Source of the DNA: an uncultured Clostridia bacterium | GTDB lineage: Bacteria; Bacillota; Clostridia; TANB77; CAG-508 | NCBI GenBank assembly: GCA_934121925.1 | Contig: CAKOVK010000003.1 | Location: forward strand, 6,118 to 70,117 | Direction: 5' to 3' | DNA: 64,000 bases | Shown: positions 18,101 through 27,235 of the stretch, in pieces | Numbering within the stretch: position 1 is the first letter of the stretch | Layout of the letters: every line of letters starts with the position of its first letter | Position numbers and translations under genes: made by a program | Notes under the pieces: model-generated | What the model saw: the letters and a program-made list of their open reading frames with translations, nothing else | Told to the model about the DNA's origin: nothing | Databases searched by the model: none

Positions 18101-19396
18101 ACTTTCTATTCTATCAACAGCCATTGTTCCTGTCGTTATAAAATCAGCATTTATTTTTCCATCCATTGTTATTGCTGTTTCAAATGGCCCTTCATATCCC
18201 TTTGAACTGAATCCTATACCACCTAGTCCAAATCTCCATACATTTTTTGCTTTCTCTTTTGGCAATTGATCAAGTATTAAAATTTCATTATCATCTATAT
18301 AAACATATCCATTTTTATTTAGAGAATTAATCAGATTTGTTTGTTCTTTTATAGTTATCTCTTGTTTTGATACTGTTTGTTTAATTGTTTCAATAGTATT
18401 TTTTATATTGTTAAATTTTGTTTTGACATCTCTTGTGTAATTTCCAAAAGTCAATGACTTCACTTTTTCAGAAATCAAATCATATTCATACTCTAAAACC
18501 TCTGTAAAAATATTTACAAAAGGATGTAAAACTTTTATTGTGTCCCCTATCTCTAAATCATTATTTACATTTGAATTTACTGTATAACTAACTTTAGGAA
18601 CACAATTTTCTTCTAAATATTTGCTTGCATTGTTTCTTAACTCTACTAATAGATTAGTTTCTGTTTGTTCCTCTGTTTTTAAATCCGTTTGAAAATCTAC
18701 TATTTTTGTATATGGTATTTCGTATTGAGTTTCGCTTTCTAAATATTTTTCAGGCAATAAAAGTCCATCATATCCAACTGGTAAAATTTTTGTGCATACA
18801 TTAGACCAGTCCTCAAAGATCTCGAATCCCTGCATATTTTTACCGTAAACAATAGTTTCGCCATTATCTTTTCCTATGCTTTGTTTAAAACTAATATCCC
18901 AGTTGTCTGCTTCAAATACTCCTCCCCATCGTTCTTCAAACACTTGCCAAGATTCTAATAAAGTCTTTCTTATGAAATATGCTGTACTTACGTTCTCAAC
19001 ATTTGAGGTGATAGAAAAAGGACTGATTTTGTCAGTCCTTTCATTAACATATTTTAATCCATTCTGGCCATTTAGATTAGTTGGTCTTGCATCTAAAAGC
19101 ACATATCTTCTACTATCAAACATTACATGTTCAGCTGTGAATTTTATTTTTCTATTCGTATATGTTATGCTATCATTTATTCTAAATGCTTGTGGTTTTA
19201 ATTTAGATTTTGTTTTTACTACACATAGCTTATCGGCTTCTATATACTCTTTATATTTAATTGGAATTTCTACTTCAATATACCATCCATTTAAAGACTT
19301 TTTCTTAATCTCATGACAATGTAAAGGATTAATAATAATGTTTCCTGCTGTTTTAAAATCTGTATCAGTTGCATTAAATATTTTAATCATAGCCAT
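15164..19396 (-). CDS. phage minor structural / tail-associated (Tal-like) baseplate protein
   Basis: 1410 aa. The N-terminus MAMIKIFNATDTDFKTAGNIIINPLHCHE... resembles the phage minor structural protein N-terminal region. Position follows Dit. Confidence 0.7.
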   Translation of the reverse strand: MAMIKIFNATDTDFKTAGNIIINPLHCHEIKKKSLNGWYIEVEIPIKYKEYIEADKLCVVKTKSKLKPQAFRINDSITYTNRKIKFTAEHVMFDSRRYVLLDARPTNLNGQNGLKYVNERTDKISPFSITSNVENVSTAYFIRKTLLESWQVFEERWGGVFEADNWDISFKQSIGKDNGETIVYGKNMQGFEIFEDWSNVCTKILPVGYDGLLLPEKYLESETQYEIPYTKIVDFQTDLKTEEQTETNLLVELRNNASKYLEENCVPKVSYTVNSNVNNDLEIGDTIKVLHPFVNIFTEVLEYEYDLISEKVKSLTFGNYTRDVKTKFNNIKNTIETIKQTVSKQEITIKEQTNLINSLNKNGYVYIDDNEILILDQLPKEKAKNVWRFGLGGIGFSSKGYEGPFETAITMDGKINADFITTGTMAVDRIESLANFITDTSASIAAIELQQDSITTKVSSVEQSVENITNTEGEATGKNIHLEDSSDDLLVSIKVKGSTTQATRSGKNLLDNTATTKISNGITFTVNSDGTVLADGTNDTTANSSLIINRYDLSPGTYVLNGCPSGGAINTYRLAIQETGSYSVLGSIDIGNGSGEFTIDTTTIVQIAIFIQKGLTINKLLFKPMLRKATIADDTYEQYGASPSSDYPSEIENVEGKNKFSGWVKGIGINSTDGHQFADETRASSDYIAVDFNQNPNYYLSGLANTLQTFVAAYNSNKEFLGRTGAILVSYFSLNSSLFTLGTAQGTGDIAYLRVTTYENTPAGTTGAIDDVDNLETQLEEGTVATPYVPYNSLEVKVERKNRFDINSWYDNLKIPSTVNAIIDNSIITFQGTENQNSYFKSIQNWNLKPNTKYTISIDCQTEISGVNYAYFNLANTSGHDNQYYGVLIPSMTRSILTKTFITDSEGNFYLKGYVNYPNYSANKLIIYSIQIELGTTATPYKPYQEQKVDFPLSEGQKLYEGSYLASDGIHHKRKQIVLNGTEGITNVYVNTSTTRFGFSLSLTPDKKIGLDNVLSTHFKCDTTVYYDSQTQVGICGNTRNVNIYIRVNGNITTDEFKTWLATQYANGTPVIVEYELAEEEIVPYTTAQQEAWNKIEQLHTYKNVTNIFSDAELDIVYVRDNGLSDMYETKQNASKNYTKTVEKFAEQKITTDEINQKVAVVNEKLTEYKQNIDSFSFTTENAGGINLIQNSTLENGLDLYHSTTGTVSIEKNIDVKEKTISKSAIKIINGTVITQEINIIPLEDYTFSCLVYKTELTNVTIKIVSDKIEEYQIEAEPETWQKFSANINSSDNSVIIEIICDNNFCYISDRILNKGNAPLGWQRHNGEFKSDNVTINEDGITVTNTNDNMKHVITSSEDKIINTLNGKTEVSFNPDETKMNSTRINEKLTKGKVRETVRDDGTVMVTMDD

Positions 19397-20061
19397 CTGT
19401 CCTTTCTTTTTATTTTGACAGTAGCTGAGCCACTATGTATTACGATTGCATTGTTTCCTACTTCTAATTTTGGATATTTGTATCCTATTTCAAGATTTCT
19501 GCTTCTATTAAGGCCTTCATATACAACTGTTTTTTCTTCACAATCTATTTCTACATAAGTATCATTTTCGCTAAACGTATATTTAAACCTAACACCACCT
19601 AAAGTTAATTCAATACTATCACTTGAACCTTTTTCAATTCTTATTATAGGTCTACTTGTTTTATTTCCTTCGTTTTGAACATTATTTGTAACTACTATAT
19701 AATTATCATCAGCTTTCTCCCAAAATGGAGCTCTGATAAAATTAGTGTCAATAATTTTGATTCCTGCAGTCCTTTTTGGTTCTAATTCCGCATAAAATCT
19801 TGCTTTCGTTTTTCTTCCTTTATATTCTAACTCTCCCTCACCGTCTAACCACGCAAGGATATCATCAAGTTTGTCAGGATTCAAACATTGCACATAAATA
19901 GGTCTTTCAACATAAGAATAACCTAATTCATCAAAAATAGCACCATCTCTTCCTTCTATTTCTGTAACTTCATATTTCTGTGAAGCTTTAGCTAAGAAAT
20001 GTTCTTCTTCTTCAATTACAACTTGCATATCTGTATTTGATATTCCTTTAAATTTAAACAT
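19387..20061 (-). CDS. distal tail protein (Dit)
   Basis: 224 aa immediately after the tape measure gene, with overlapping stop/start on both sides. Confidence 0.65.
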   Translation of the reverse strand: MFKFKGISNTDMQVVIEEEEHFLAKASQKYEVTEIEGRDGAIFDELGYSYVERPIYVQCLNPDKLDDILAWLDGEGELEYKGRKTKARFYAELEPKRTAGIKIIDTNFIRAPFWEKADDNYIVVTNNVQNEGNKTSRPIIRIEKGSSDSIELTLGGVRFKYTFSENDTYVEIDCEEKTVVYEGLNRSRNLEIGYKYPKLEVGNNAIVIHSGSATVKIKRKDRWL

Positions 20062-23000
20062 TATAACACCTCGTATAATTCGTTTTTTACTATCCTTGCA
20101 AAGCCATCTTCATCTAACGTTAATTTACATTTATTTAGTGCACTTAGAAATGCACTTGCCATTTTTCCGTAATCTATTTCTTGATTTGTGATTGAGTTTT
20201 TTGATAAGTTTTTTCTTTTTCCATTCTCTTCCGCTTGAGTATAAGCCTCATTTTCCTCTTTTGTTAAAACTCTTTCTCCTTTATGTAATCTAGCCACATA
20301 ATTATCTTTTGGAACATAATCTAATCCTAATTTATGCCCTGGTAATTTAGATGTTGCTCCATTAACACGTGCTTTTACAGTGAGAAGCCCTGATAATTTT
20401 GATGCTATTCCCCTTGCAGTACTCCATAAGCTATCTTTCCAGCTTTTGTTATTTAATCCACTGTTTAAACCACTGAGAATATTTTTCCCTTGCTCTTCTG
20501 ATAAGTTTCCTTTTTTTATTCCTTCCATTACTTTGTCTACATCTTCAATCCCCGCTTGTTCTAGTAGCTCTTTTAATTCGCTATCAGACAAACCAGATAG
20601 AAAGCTGTTTAAATTTTTAATAGCTTCACTTTTAAATTCTGCATTTTGCTCTATTTCATCTAAGACTGAACTCATCATATTTTCGGTTTCTTTTACCAAT
20701 TCTGGTGTTCTCTCTGCAGTAACACCCGTCATTTCTTGAATTTTTTTACTTAGTTCTGGTGGCATTTTTGAAACCCTCTCGTAATACGTAGCATACGAAC
20801 TTGTTGCCAATTCTTTCCAAGCATTTATGACTTCTGGACTATTTTCATTAATAGTAGATGTTTGTGCAGTTAATTCGTCCAATAATGTTTGTAGTCTTTG
20901 ATTTGAGCTTTCGATGGCATTAGCATTAGCTTGCGCAGAGATTTCATTTTTATTGTTTAAGTCTTCTTGATATATTTTTTTTAATTCTTCTATATTATAA
21001 ATTTCTTGTTGAATACCTTCTTGTATTTGCGCTTCTCTTGACAATTTTTCTCTTCCATAATTGCTTATTCTTTCATCTGTCATTTTTTTTATTTTATCAG
21101 TATTATTGCTTTGCATTATCGCATAATCATTTTCATATTTAGCAATATCTGTTAAATAATCATTATATATGGTCTGATAACTTTCAAAAGTTTCTTTATA
21201 TCCATCTACCCACTTTGACATATAATCTTTTGCGTGTTCTGCAGATTTTTTTGCTGTATATCCTGCATCTATATATTTCTGTTGAAGATCATTAAAGTAC
21301 TGTTCATAAGTTTTCCCTTCTAATGCCTTATTATATTCATTTTGAGCATTTATCATGTCTTTATATGCACTGGTTTTATTTTGAATTGCCGTTGAGTACT
21401 TCGATTCTTCATTCTCTAAAATAATTTGAGCTTTCTTTTTTAATATTAATAAATCAATTTCTTCTTGTAATGTCTTATATTGATTTATAACATCTCCTGT
21501 TAAAGTATATTCTGTTCCTAACGCTTTGTTTAGTTCATTTAAAATTACCGATACTCTGTCCTTATATCCTTCTTTTACTTTTCCATTTTCATCTACTAAA
21601 TTACTTAGTTCATTTCTTAAATCTTCAGTATTTTTAATTTCAGCAAGGCTACTAGACGCTGTTTTATCCAATTCTTCTCTATATTCTTCATGCGTTTTTT
21701 TTACCTTTTCCATTTCTTCTATATTTCTTTGCAATTCTTCTGGTATCTTTTCAGCCTCACTTCTTAGCCATATATATGCACTTGCTAAAGCACCTATTGA
21801 CGTTATTGCAATTCCTATTGGGCTCGATAACCCTTGAATTATTTTTGCCAATCCATTAACTGCTGTATCTGTTGTTGTCACACTTCCTCGCATTACTCCT
21901 ATTGCTTGAGTAAAAGTTCCTATTCCTTTTACTGTTCCGCCTATTGCTGATGTTACTTTTCCAATTATCGCAACCAAAGGTCCTATTGCCGCAACAATAA
22001 GTCCTATTTTTACTATCATATCTACTTGCTTATCTGATAATTTGCTAAACTTATCAATCCATTTTCCAAGTCCTTCTATTACTTTTTCAATACTTGGCAT
22101 TAGTTTGTTTCCGAGAGTAATAGCCATATCTTTTAATTTATTAATTGCTATTTTTATTTTACTTTTTAGAGTATCATATCTTTTATTTGCTTCATTTGTT
22201 AATGCTGTATTATTCTTCCATGCTTGTGTTCCTGTATTTATTGCATCATTAAACAGGGTCCCAGCATTTGCTGCACGCAACAAAGAATCTCTTAATCTAA
22301 CTTCAGTTAGCCCCATTTCAGAAAGCATTGTAATTGCGCTTTCGCCTTTGTTTTCAGCATCTCCTAAGCCTTTAATGAACTCTGATAGTGCACCTGCAGC
22401 ATCTTCTTTCCATGCTTTTTTAAATTGCTCTGTTGTCATTCCTGAAACTTTTGCAAAGTCTTCAAGATTTGTTCCTGCTGTTATCAATTGTTTTAATTCT
22501 GTGCTTGTCATCCCAATACTTTGTGACAATTCTTTAAAGCCCTTCGAATCATTTGCAGACATCAATTCTAATTCTCTTAATGTCATTCCTGTCTTTTTTA
22601 GTACTGTATCTAACTTTTTGCCACCTTGTTCAACAGCATTTTGCATTTTTACCATTGCCTTAGAAATTGCTGAACCACCCATCTCTGCTTCTATTCCAAC
22701 TGAACTCAATGCTGTTGCCAACCCTAAAATTTCCGCTTCTGAGAAACCAACTTGTTTTCCTGCACCTGCTAACCTCATGGCCATACTTACAATATCCGCT
22801 TCTGTTGTTGCATATTTGTTACCCAAATCAACAATTGTTGATCCTAATTTGTCAAAGTCTTTTTGTGACATTTGAGTTATATTTGCGAATTTTGCAAGCT
22901 GTGAAGCAGCCTCATCAGCAGTAAGATTTGTGGAATTTCCTAGATCTATCATTGCTTTTGAAAAATCTAATATGTTTTCTGTCTTTATTCCTAACTGTCC

Positions 23001-23654
23001 TGCTGCTTCTGCTACTGCCGCTATCTCTGTTGTAGAAGAAGGCATTTCTTTTGCCATATCCCTAATGCCCTGTTTTAATTCTTCCATTTGTTCTTTCGTT
23101 CCATCAACTGTCTTTTCTACTCCTGCAAAAGCATCTTCAAAATCTATTGCGCTCTTAGCACTTAAAGTTAAGGCTGATATACTTGCAGCAGAAAATGCAG
23201 ACAACTTCTTGCCTGCGTTTTCTATTTTCTTTCCTGATTTTTCAACTTTTTCTCCCCATTCTTCAAGTTTTTTACCTGTATTTGTAAGTTGTGTTTGAAC
23301 ATCTTTTAATTTACTCTCATAATTTTTTAGTTTAATTTCTGCATTAGTTAATTCATTTTGTTTCTTTTTTATAGCTGTTGTATTTTTATTTTCTGCATTT
23401 TCTAAATCAGCTAATTGCATTTTTAAAACATTTACTTTATCTGACTGAATCTCATAAGCATTTGTTAAATATTCTTGTTGTGCTTTTAATTTCTCTGTTG
23501 ATTTAGTAGAATTATCCCATTGTGATTGTGTTAGCTTAAATTGATTATAATTCTTATTCATTTCTATATTTATATCTTGAAGAGTTTTCTTAAAATCTTT
23601 TGCTCCCTCTTCTGTAAATATAAGTCCTACTCTTTTTAAATCATTACTTCCCAC
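20061..23654 (-). CDS. tail tape measure protein
   Basis: 1197 aa, GTG start. Coiled-coil rich, with a TP901-type core (MAKEMPSSTTEIAAVAEAAGQLGI...ASQLAKFANI) and hydrophobic central segments. Confidence 0.9.
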   Translation of the reverse strand: MGSNDLKRVGLIFTEEGAKDFKKTLQDINIEMNKNYNQFKLTQSQWDNSTKSTEKLKAQQEYLTNAYEIQSDKVNVLKMQLADLENAENKNTTAIKKKQNELTNAEIKLKNYESKLKDVQTQLTNTGKKLEEWGEKVEKSGKKIENAGKKLSAFSAASISALTLSAKSAIDFEDAFAGVEKTVDGTKEQMEELKQGIRDMAKEMPSSTTEIAAVAEAAGQLGIKTENILDFSKAMIDLGNSTNLTADEAASQLAKFANITQMSQKDFDKLGSTIVDLGNKYATTEADIVSMAMRLAGAGKQVGFSEAEILGLATALSSVGIEAEMGGSAISKAMVKMQNAVEQGGKKLDTVLKKTGMTLRELELMSANDSKGFKELSQSIGMTSTELKQLITAGTNLEDFAKVSGMTTEQFKKAWKEDAAGALSEFIKGLGDAENKGESAITMLSEMGLTEVRLRDSLLRAANAGTLFNDAINTGTQAWKNNTALTNEANKRYDTLKSKIKIAINKLKDMAITLGNKLMPSIEKVIEGLGKWIDKFSKLSDKQVDMIVKIGLIVAAIGPLVAIIGKVTSAIGGTVKGIGTFTQAIGVMRGSVTTTDTAVNGLAKIIQGLSSPIGIAITSIGALASAYIWLRSEAEKIPEELQRNIEEMEKVKKTHEEYREELDKTASSSLAEIKNTEDLRNELSNLVDENGKVKEGYKDRVSVILNELNKALGTEYTLTGDVINQYKTLQEEIDLLILKKKAQIILENEESKYSTAIQNKTSAYKDMINAQNEYNKALEGKTYEQYFNDLQQKYIDAGYTAKKSAEHAKDYMSKWVDGYKETFESYQTIYNDYLTDIAKYENDYAIMQSNNTDKIKKMTDERISNYGREKLSREAQIQEGIQQEIYNIEELKKIYQEDLNNKNEISAQANANAIESSNQRLQTLLDELTAQTSTINENSPEVINAWKELATSSYATYYERVSKMPPELSKKIQEMTGVTAERTPELVKETENMMSSVLDEIEQNAEFKSEAIKNLNSFLSGLSDSELKELLEQAGIEDVDKVMEGIKKGNLSEEQGKNILSGLNSGLNNKSWKDSLWSTARGIASKLSGLLTVKARVNGATSKLPGHKLGLDYVPKDNYVARLHKGERVLTKEENEAYTQAEENGKRKNLSKNSITNQEIDYGKMASAFLSALNKCKLTLDEDGFARIVKNELYEVL

Positions 23655-23711
23655 TTTATTTCACCTCTTTTTTAGGCATAATAAAAGCACCAGAGTAAAT
23701 CTGATGCTAAA

Positions 23712-23738
23712 TAAAAAAACACCTGCATTTGCAAATGT
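23712..23738 (-). terminator. intrinsic terminator between moron genes and the tape measure gene
   Basis: Minus-strand ACATTTGCA-AA-TGCAGGTGT (two G-U pairs) followed by TTTTTTTA. The pairing is better on the minus-strand RNA than on the plus strand. Confidence 0.5.
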
Positions 23739-23744
23739 TTTTTA

Positions 23745-24104
23745 TTAATATATTTTATTATTTCCAATTTGTAGTGATATCAAATCATATTCTTCATATG
23801 TTTCATCTACAAATTCTATAATCATCCAGAACTTTTCGCCATTTACCTTTCCTTCTATTTTATATCTTAATCCTGTTTTTATAAATTCGTAATCTCCTTT
23901 ATAACTTGAATAGTCTGGTTTATATAAATTATCTTCTAAGACCATTTGAGCATAAGTCATTAATTCTATTTCGTCTGGTTCTTTACTTGTATTATTTTCT
24001 TTACTATTAGAGCCAAATATGCAAAAGTATAATACAATGCAAATTATAATAAATGCAATAAATCCTATTATCTTGTATTTAGATTCTATGTTATTATTAT
24101 TCAT
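23745..24104 (-). CDS. membrane-anchored hypothetical protein (moron inside the tail module)
   Basis: 119 aa. N-terminal TM (IIGFIAFIIICIVLYFCIF) and a soluble C-terminal domain. Confidence 0.55.
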   Translation of the reverse strand: MNNNNIESKYKIIGFIAFIIICIVLYFCIFGSNSKENNTSKEPDEIELMTYAQMVLEDNLYKPDYSSYKGDYEFIKTGLRYKIEGKVNGEKFWMIIEFVDETYEEYDLISLQIGNNKIY

Positions 24105-24199
24105 CCTTGTTCATCTCCTAGTGGCAAACTTTACAAGCTGTTCAACCTTCTGCAAAAGCTTACTTCATTATTGTTTGATACTCATTGTTTTTTAATATT

Positions 24200-24526
24200 C
24201 TACTTGTTGTCTAATTTACCATTTATACTATCTAGCAAATCGATTATATCTGAAAAGCCTTTTATAAATGCAAACAGTACAATTCCACTAAATAAAAATG
24301 TAAATCCTGCAATTATCTTTTCATTGCTCCAATTCACAAAAGCAATTATTATACAACAAATTAATTGAAAAGCATTTATAAATCTTAAAGCAACTGTTTT
24401 ATAGCCGCTTTCGTAATTCTCTTTTTTTATGTTTTTTTCTTTTTCATAAATTTCAAAATCTAATCCACAGTATGGACATTTTTCGTCTAGTTCACTTACT
24501 TTTTTATTACATTTTGGACATTCCAT
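24200..24526 (-). CDS. zinc-ribbon membrane protein (moron inside the tail module)
   Basis: The likely start is MECPKCNKK at 24526, after AAGGAAGGTG (the track ORF extends to 24592). CPKC...CPYC zinc ribbon followed by two TM segments. Confidence 0.55.
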   Translation of the reverse strand: MECPKCNKKVSELDEKCPYCGLDFEIYEKEKNIKKENYESGYKTVALRFINAFQLICCIIIAFVNWSNEKIIAGFTFLFSGIVLFAFIKGFSDIIDLLDSINGKLDNK

Positions 24527-24606
24527 AATATCACCTTCCTTATTACATTTTACCTTTTGCAGCAAAATATTACAAGAAAAATGTTTCGACATAATTTTGC
24601 ATTTTT

Positions 24607-24945
24607 CTACATTCTGTGTTTCGGCTTGTTTATATTTATAACATTGCCTTTCTTAATATCTGGAGTATTGTTTATTACAAAATTAATAATTGGGTCAATA
24701 TCTTCTAATTTCACAAGTCGCACCGCTTGCCTGTATGTTAAAGGCTCGTCATAGTTTGATGCTATTATTGCATATAAAATTTGATTTGTTGCATACATTG
24801 TTTTTGTATATCCGTTTTTATCTTTTTGCCCTTCTGCATCTTTTTTTAATTGTTCTAGTCCGCCTTCATAATCCTCAATATATTCTAAAAAAAGTGATGT
24901 CACCTCTAAAATTATCTTTTCTCCATTTTTTAATTCTATTTCCAT
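24607..24945 (-). CDS. tail assembly chaperone (gpG-like)
   Basis: 112-aa acidic protein directly after the major tail gene. Confidence 0.55.
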   Translation of the reverse strand: MEIELKNGEKIILEVTSLFLEYIEDYEGGLEQLKKDAEGQKDKNGYTKTMYATNQILYAIIASNYDEPLTYRQAVRLVKLEDIDPIINFVINNTPDIKKGNVININKPKHRM

Positions 24946-25018
24946 ATTATTACCTCATATCTTTGTATTATTTCCTTATAAAAAGGGCTCTAAATCAATT
25001 CTAGAGCCCAACTTTTTT

Positions 25019-25648
25019 CTAAGTTCCTGGTGTAATTGCTGCAGCTAGTCCTGCATCATCTAAAATTGGCTTTGCAAAGAATAGTTCTTCTGTTAATCCT
25101 TCTGGGAATTTTGACATTTCATTGTTTACATATGTTTTTTTATCTCCTAAGTCATTATATGCATAAGCTTTTATAGTTACTGTATCATTTTGCTCTGAAA
25201 AGCTCTCTTCTTTTGTTGCGATATCATCTGTATTTTCTACTAATTGGCATTTAGGGTACCAAGCTAATTCAAATTTTCCTTCTAGTTTTTTTACAACTTT
25301 TCCAAATGCAAAGAAAGGTCTTGTGGCTGTTCTTCCAGAACGGTTTAATCCTGCTGTACCTATAACATCTCCTCTCATTTTTGCTAAATCTTCTGGGTCA
25401 AAAGCAACTACTTCTACTGCCATCTCTATACTTTCATTTTGATTTACAGTTGTATAGTCTTGTCCTGAAGCTCTAACCACAGCTACCTCAGAGTTTTCTG
25501 TAGTTCCTATATTTTTTACTACATTGCTTTTTGTAACATTTTCTTCATATGTTGTTGTGAAATTGCCAGAAGCATCTGGTGTATTGAATGCATAGTATAA
25601 TGCACCTACTGTTTCTTTTACCATAGGTTTTTTTGTATTAATTGCCAT
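25019..25648 (-). CDS. major tail protein
   Basis: 209 aa. Position and sequence style match phi13-type major tail proteins (MAINTKKP..., GALYYA...). Confidence 0.7.
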   Translation of the reverse strand: MAINTKKPMVKETVGALYYAFNTPDASGNFTTTYEENVTKSNVVKNIGTTENSEVAVVRASGQDYTTVNQNESIEMAVEVVAFDPEDLAKMRGDVIGTAGLNRSGRTATRPFFAFGKVVKKLEGKFELAWYPKCQLVENTDDIATKEESFSEQNDTVTIKAYAYNDLGDKKTYVNNEMSKFPEGLTEELFFAKPILDDAGLAAAITPGT

Positions 25649-25674
25649 TTTAAAATCCTCCTTTTAATAAAAAA

Positions 25675-26046
25675 TTACCAAGTTTTTATTCCTAACTTGG
25701 TAAGCATTTTTTTATAATACTTTTCTTTATTTCTATCCCATACTGGGTATAGATGTTCTTGAGCATTCATTTTTACAGTTCCATGCTCAAGCATTGGGCC
25801 ATAATATTTGCCCCATCCTGCCTCTACTTCTTTGTTTTTCTTTTTATATGCAAAGCACTTAATTAAGTGTGTGTAGCCTGATTTTCTAATTTTTGAAATT
25901 GGTTTAGGAAGTTTTAACAAATCACCAACAAATTCTTTAGCACCTGTCTCTAATACATCTACTGCATTGTCTGCACCATCTATATATTTTTCCAAAATTT
26001 CAGACATTGCCTCAAATCCACTATATCCGTAAACTTCATTAGACAT
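25675..26046 (-). CDS. HK97 gp10-family tail completion / neck protein
   Basis: 123 aa, with KSGYTHLIKCF...GWGKYYGPMLEHGT typical of the gp10 family. Confidence 0.65.
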   Translation of the reverse strand: MSNEVYGYSGFEAMSEILEKYIDGADNAVDVLETGAKEFVGDLLKLPKPISKIRKSGYTHLIKCFAYKKKNKEVEAGWGKYYGPMLEHGTVKMNAQEHLYPVWDRNKEKYYKKMLTKLGIKTW

Positions 26047-26368
26047 TTTCTAATACCTCTAGTGAGAAAAATGAATGCCAACGCCTTGTTTCTGGATCAT
26101 ATTCGTGTTGTATCGCAGGAAATAGCTCTATATCATTCAATAAATGTTTTAGTTCCAAAAGTTTCGTATGTCTTGGTCTGTCAGCTATTATAGAAATCTG
26201 ATAAGTAACTACAGTGTTATAATCTTTTCCACTTGCCGTTTGGTCTTCCCAATAATAATCCCAAAAACAAACTCTAACTTCGTCTTCCATAATTTCATCA
26301 GTCGGCGTTCCTTCTTTTATAGGTATCTTTAACTTTTCTAGTAATTCAACTAATTCTTTTTTTGTCAT
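26039..26368 (-). CDS. head-tail joining protein (hypothetical)
   Basis: 109 aa. Overlapping start/stop with both neighbours in the neck module. Confidence 0.45.
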   Translation of the reverse strand: MTKKELVELLEKLKIPIKEGTPTDEIMEDEVRVCFWDYYWEDQTASGKDYNTVVTYQISIIADRPRHTKLLELKHLLNDIELFPAIQHEYDPETRRWHSFFSLEVLENV

Positions 26369-26796
26369 AAATCTTCCTCCAATTTTACTCTTGGATATTC
26401 CTCAAGAGTTAAATCTGTCTGCTTAAATCCATCATTATTAGTAAAGTGATAGGCATTAAATACTTTGTGATATTCATTGCCTATTTTTACAACATTTAAA
26501 GAGGTTATTTCTTTCATTTGAGGTATTCTAATTTTTAAAGAGAGCTTTCTTTTTCTTTCTTCGCTTTCAAAACGAAGTTTGTCTGATATTGATAATTCTT
26601 CAAACCATACTTCCTTTTTCATATTTTTTAAATATTCAACAGGATAAGTATTTTGGGTTTGTTTTATAGCAAAAAGCTTAAGTTTTCCATCATTATATGT
26701 CGGAAGGCTTGTAATATTTTGCTTGTAAGTCAGCATAATCTCCTGCGTATAACTGTTTAAATTCAGCAATTCTGCCAAATCTTCTATACATTGCAT
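26365..26796 (-). CDS. head closure / head-tail adaptor protein (start uncertain)
   Basis: The track ORF overlaps the upstream gene by 104 nt, so the real start is probably internal. Confidence 0.45.
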   Translation of the reverse strand: MQCIEDLAELLNLNSYTQEIMLTYKQNITSLPTYNDGKLKLFAIKQTQNTYPVEYLKNMKKEVWFEELSISDKLRFESEERKRKLSLKIRIPQMKEITSLNVVKIGNEYHKVFNAYHFTNNDGFKQTDLTLEEYPRVKLEEDL

Positions 26797-26980
26797 AATT
26801 CTTTAACAAGCCTCTTGCTGTTAAGTCTGCATCATAATCAATTTTAGCTCCAGATTTGCTATTAATATCAAATTCAGCTTCTTTTATTAGCTTTTCTATA
26901 ACCTCATCTTCTTCATTTGGCGAAACATGTTGCTCTGATCTAATTTCCTCAATTAATTTTTCAATTTGTGTATTGTTCAT
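26693..26980 (-). CDS. gp6-like head-tail connector protein
   Basis: 95 aa, with DADLTARGLLKNYAMYRRFGRIAEF typical of gp6-like connectors. Located downstream of the capsid gene. Confidence 0.6.
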   Translation of the reverse strand: MNNTQIEKLIEEIRSEQHVSPNEEDEVIEKLIKEAEFDINSKSGAKIDYDADLTARGLLKNYAMYRRFGRIAEFKQLYAGDYADLQAKYYKPSDI

Positions 26981-26991
26981 TATACACCTCT

Positions 26992-27198
26992 CTATTCTTC
27001 TATTTTTTTAGCAGATTCCTCTTCAATTTCTTCAATTAGAATTTTGCCTATTTTATTTTTCTTAGTTGTCAATTCTTTAATTCTTTTTTGAGGTATGTCT
27101 TCAAGTTTAATATCTTCTCTAGGATAAATGTCATTCACCTCATAAATATAGTCATTGTCTTTTAGATCTTTAAATTTCTCAATTACTTTGTAAGCCAT
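26992..27198 (-). CDS. hypothetical head-module protein
   Basis: 68-aa ORF between the capsid and connector genes. Confidence 0.4.
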   Translation of the reverse strand: MAYKVIEKFKDLKDNDYIYEVNDIYPREDIKLEDIPQKRIKELTTKKNKIGKILIEEIEEESAKKIEE

Positions 27199-27235
27199 TT
27201 TTTAATTCCTCCTATTTATATTCAGGAGCTTATAT

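Noticed and set aside
24527-24945. The canonical gpG/gpT -1 programmed frameshift at the end of the tail chaperone gene.
   Set aside because: No overlapping downstream ORF continues in the -1 frame. The following genes have their own SDs and encode membrane proteins.
26693-26796. The 104-nt overlap between connector and head-closure ORFs as another recoding site.
   Set aside because: There is no CGG and no obvious slippery sequence in the overlap. The track ORF most likely just extends upstream of the true start.
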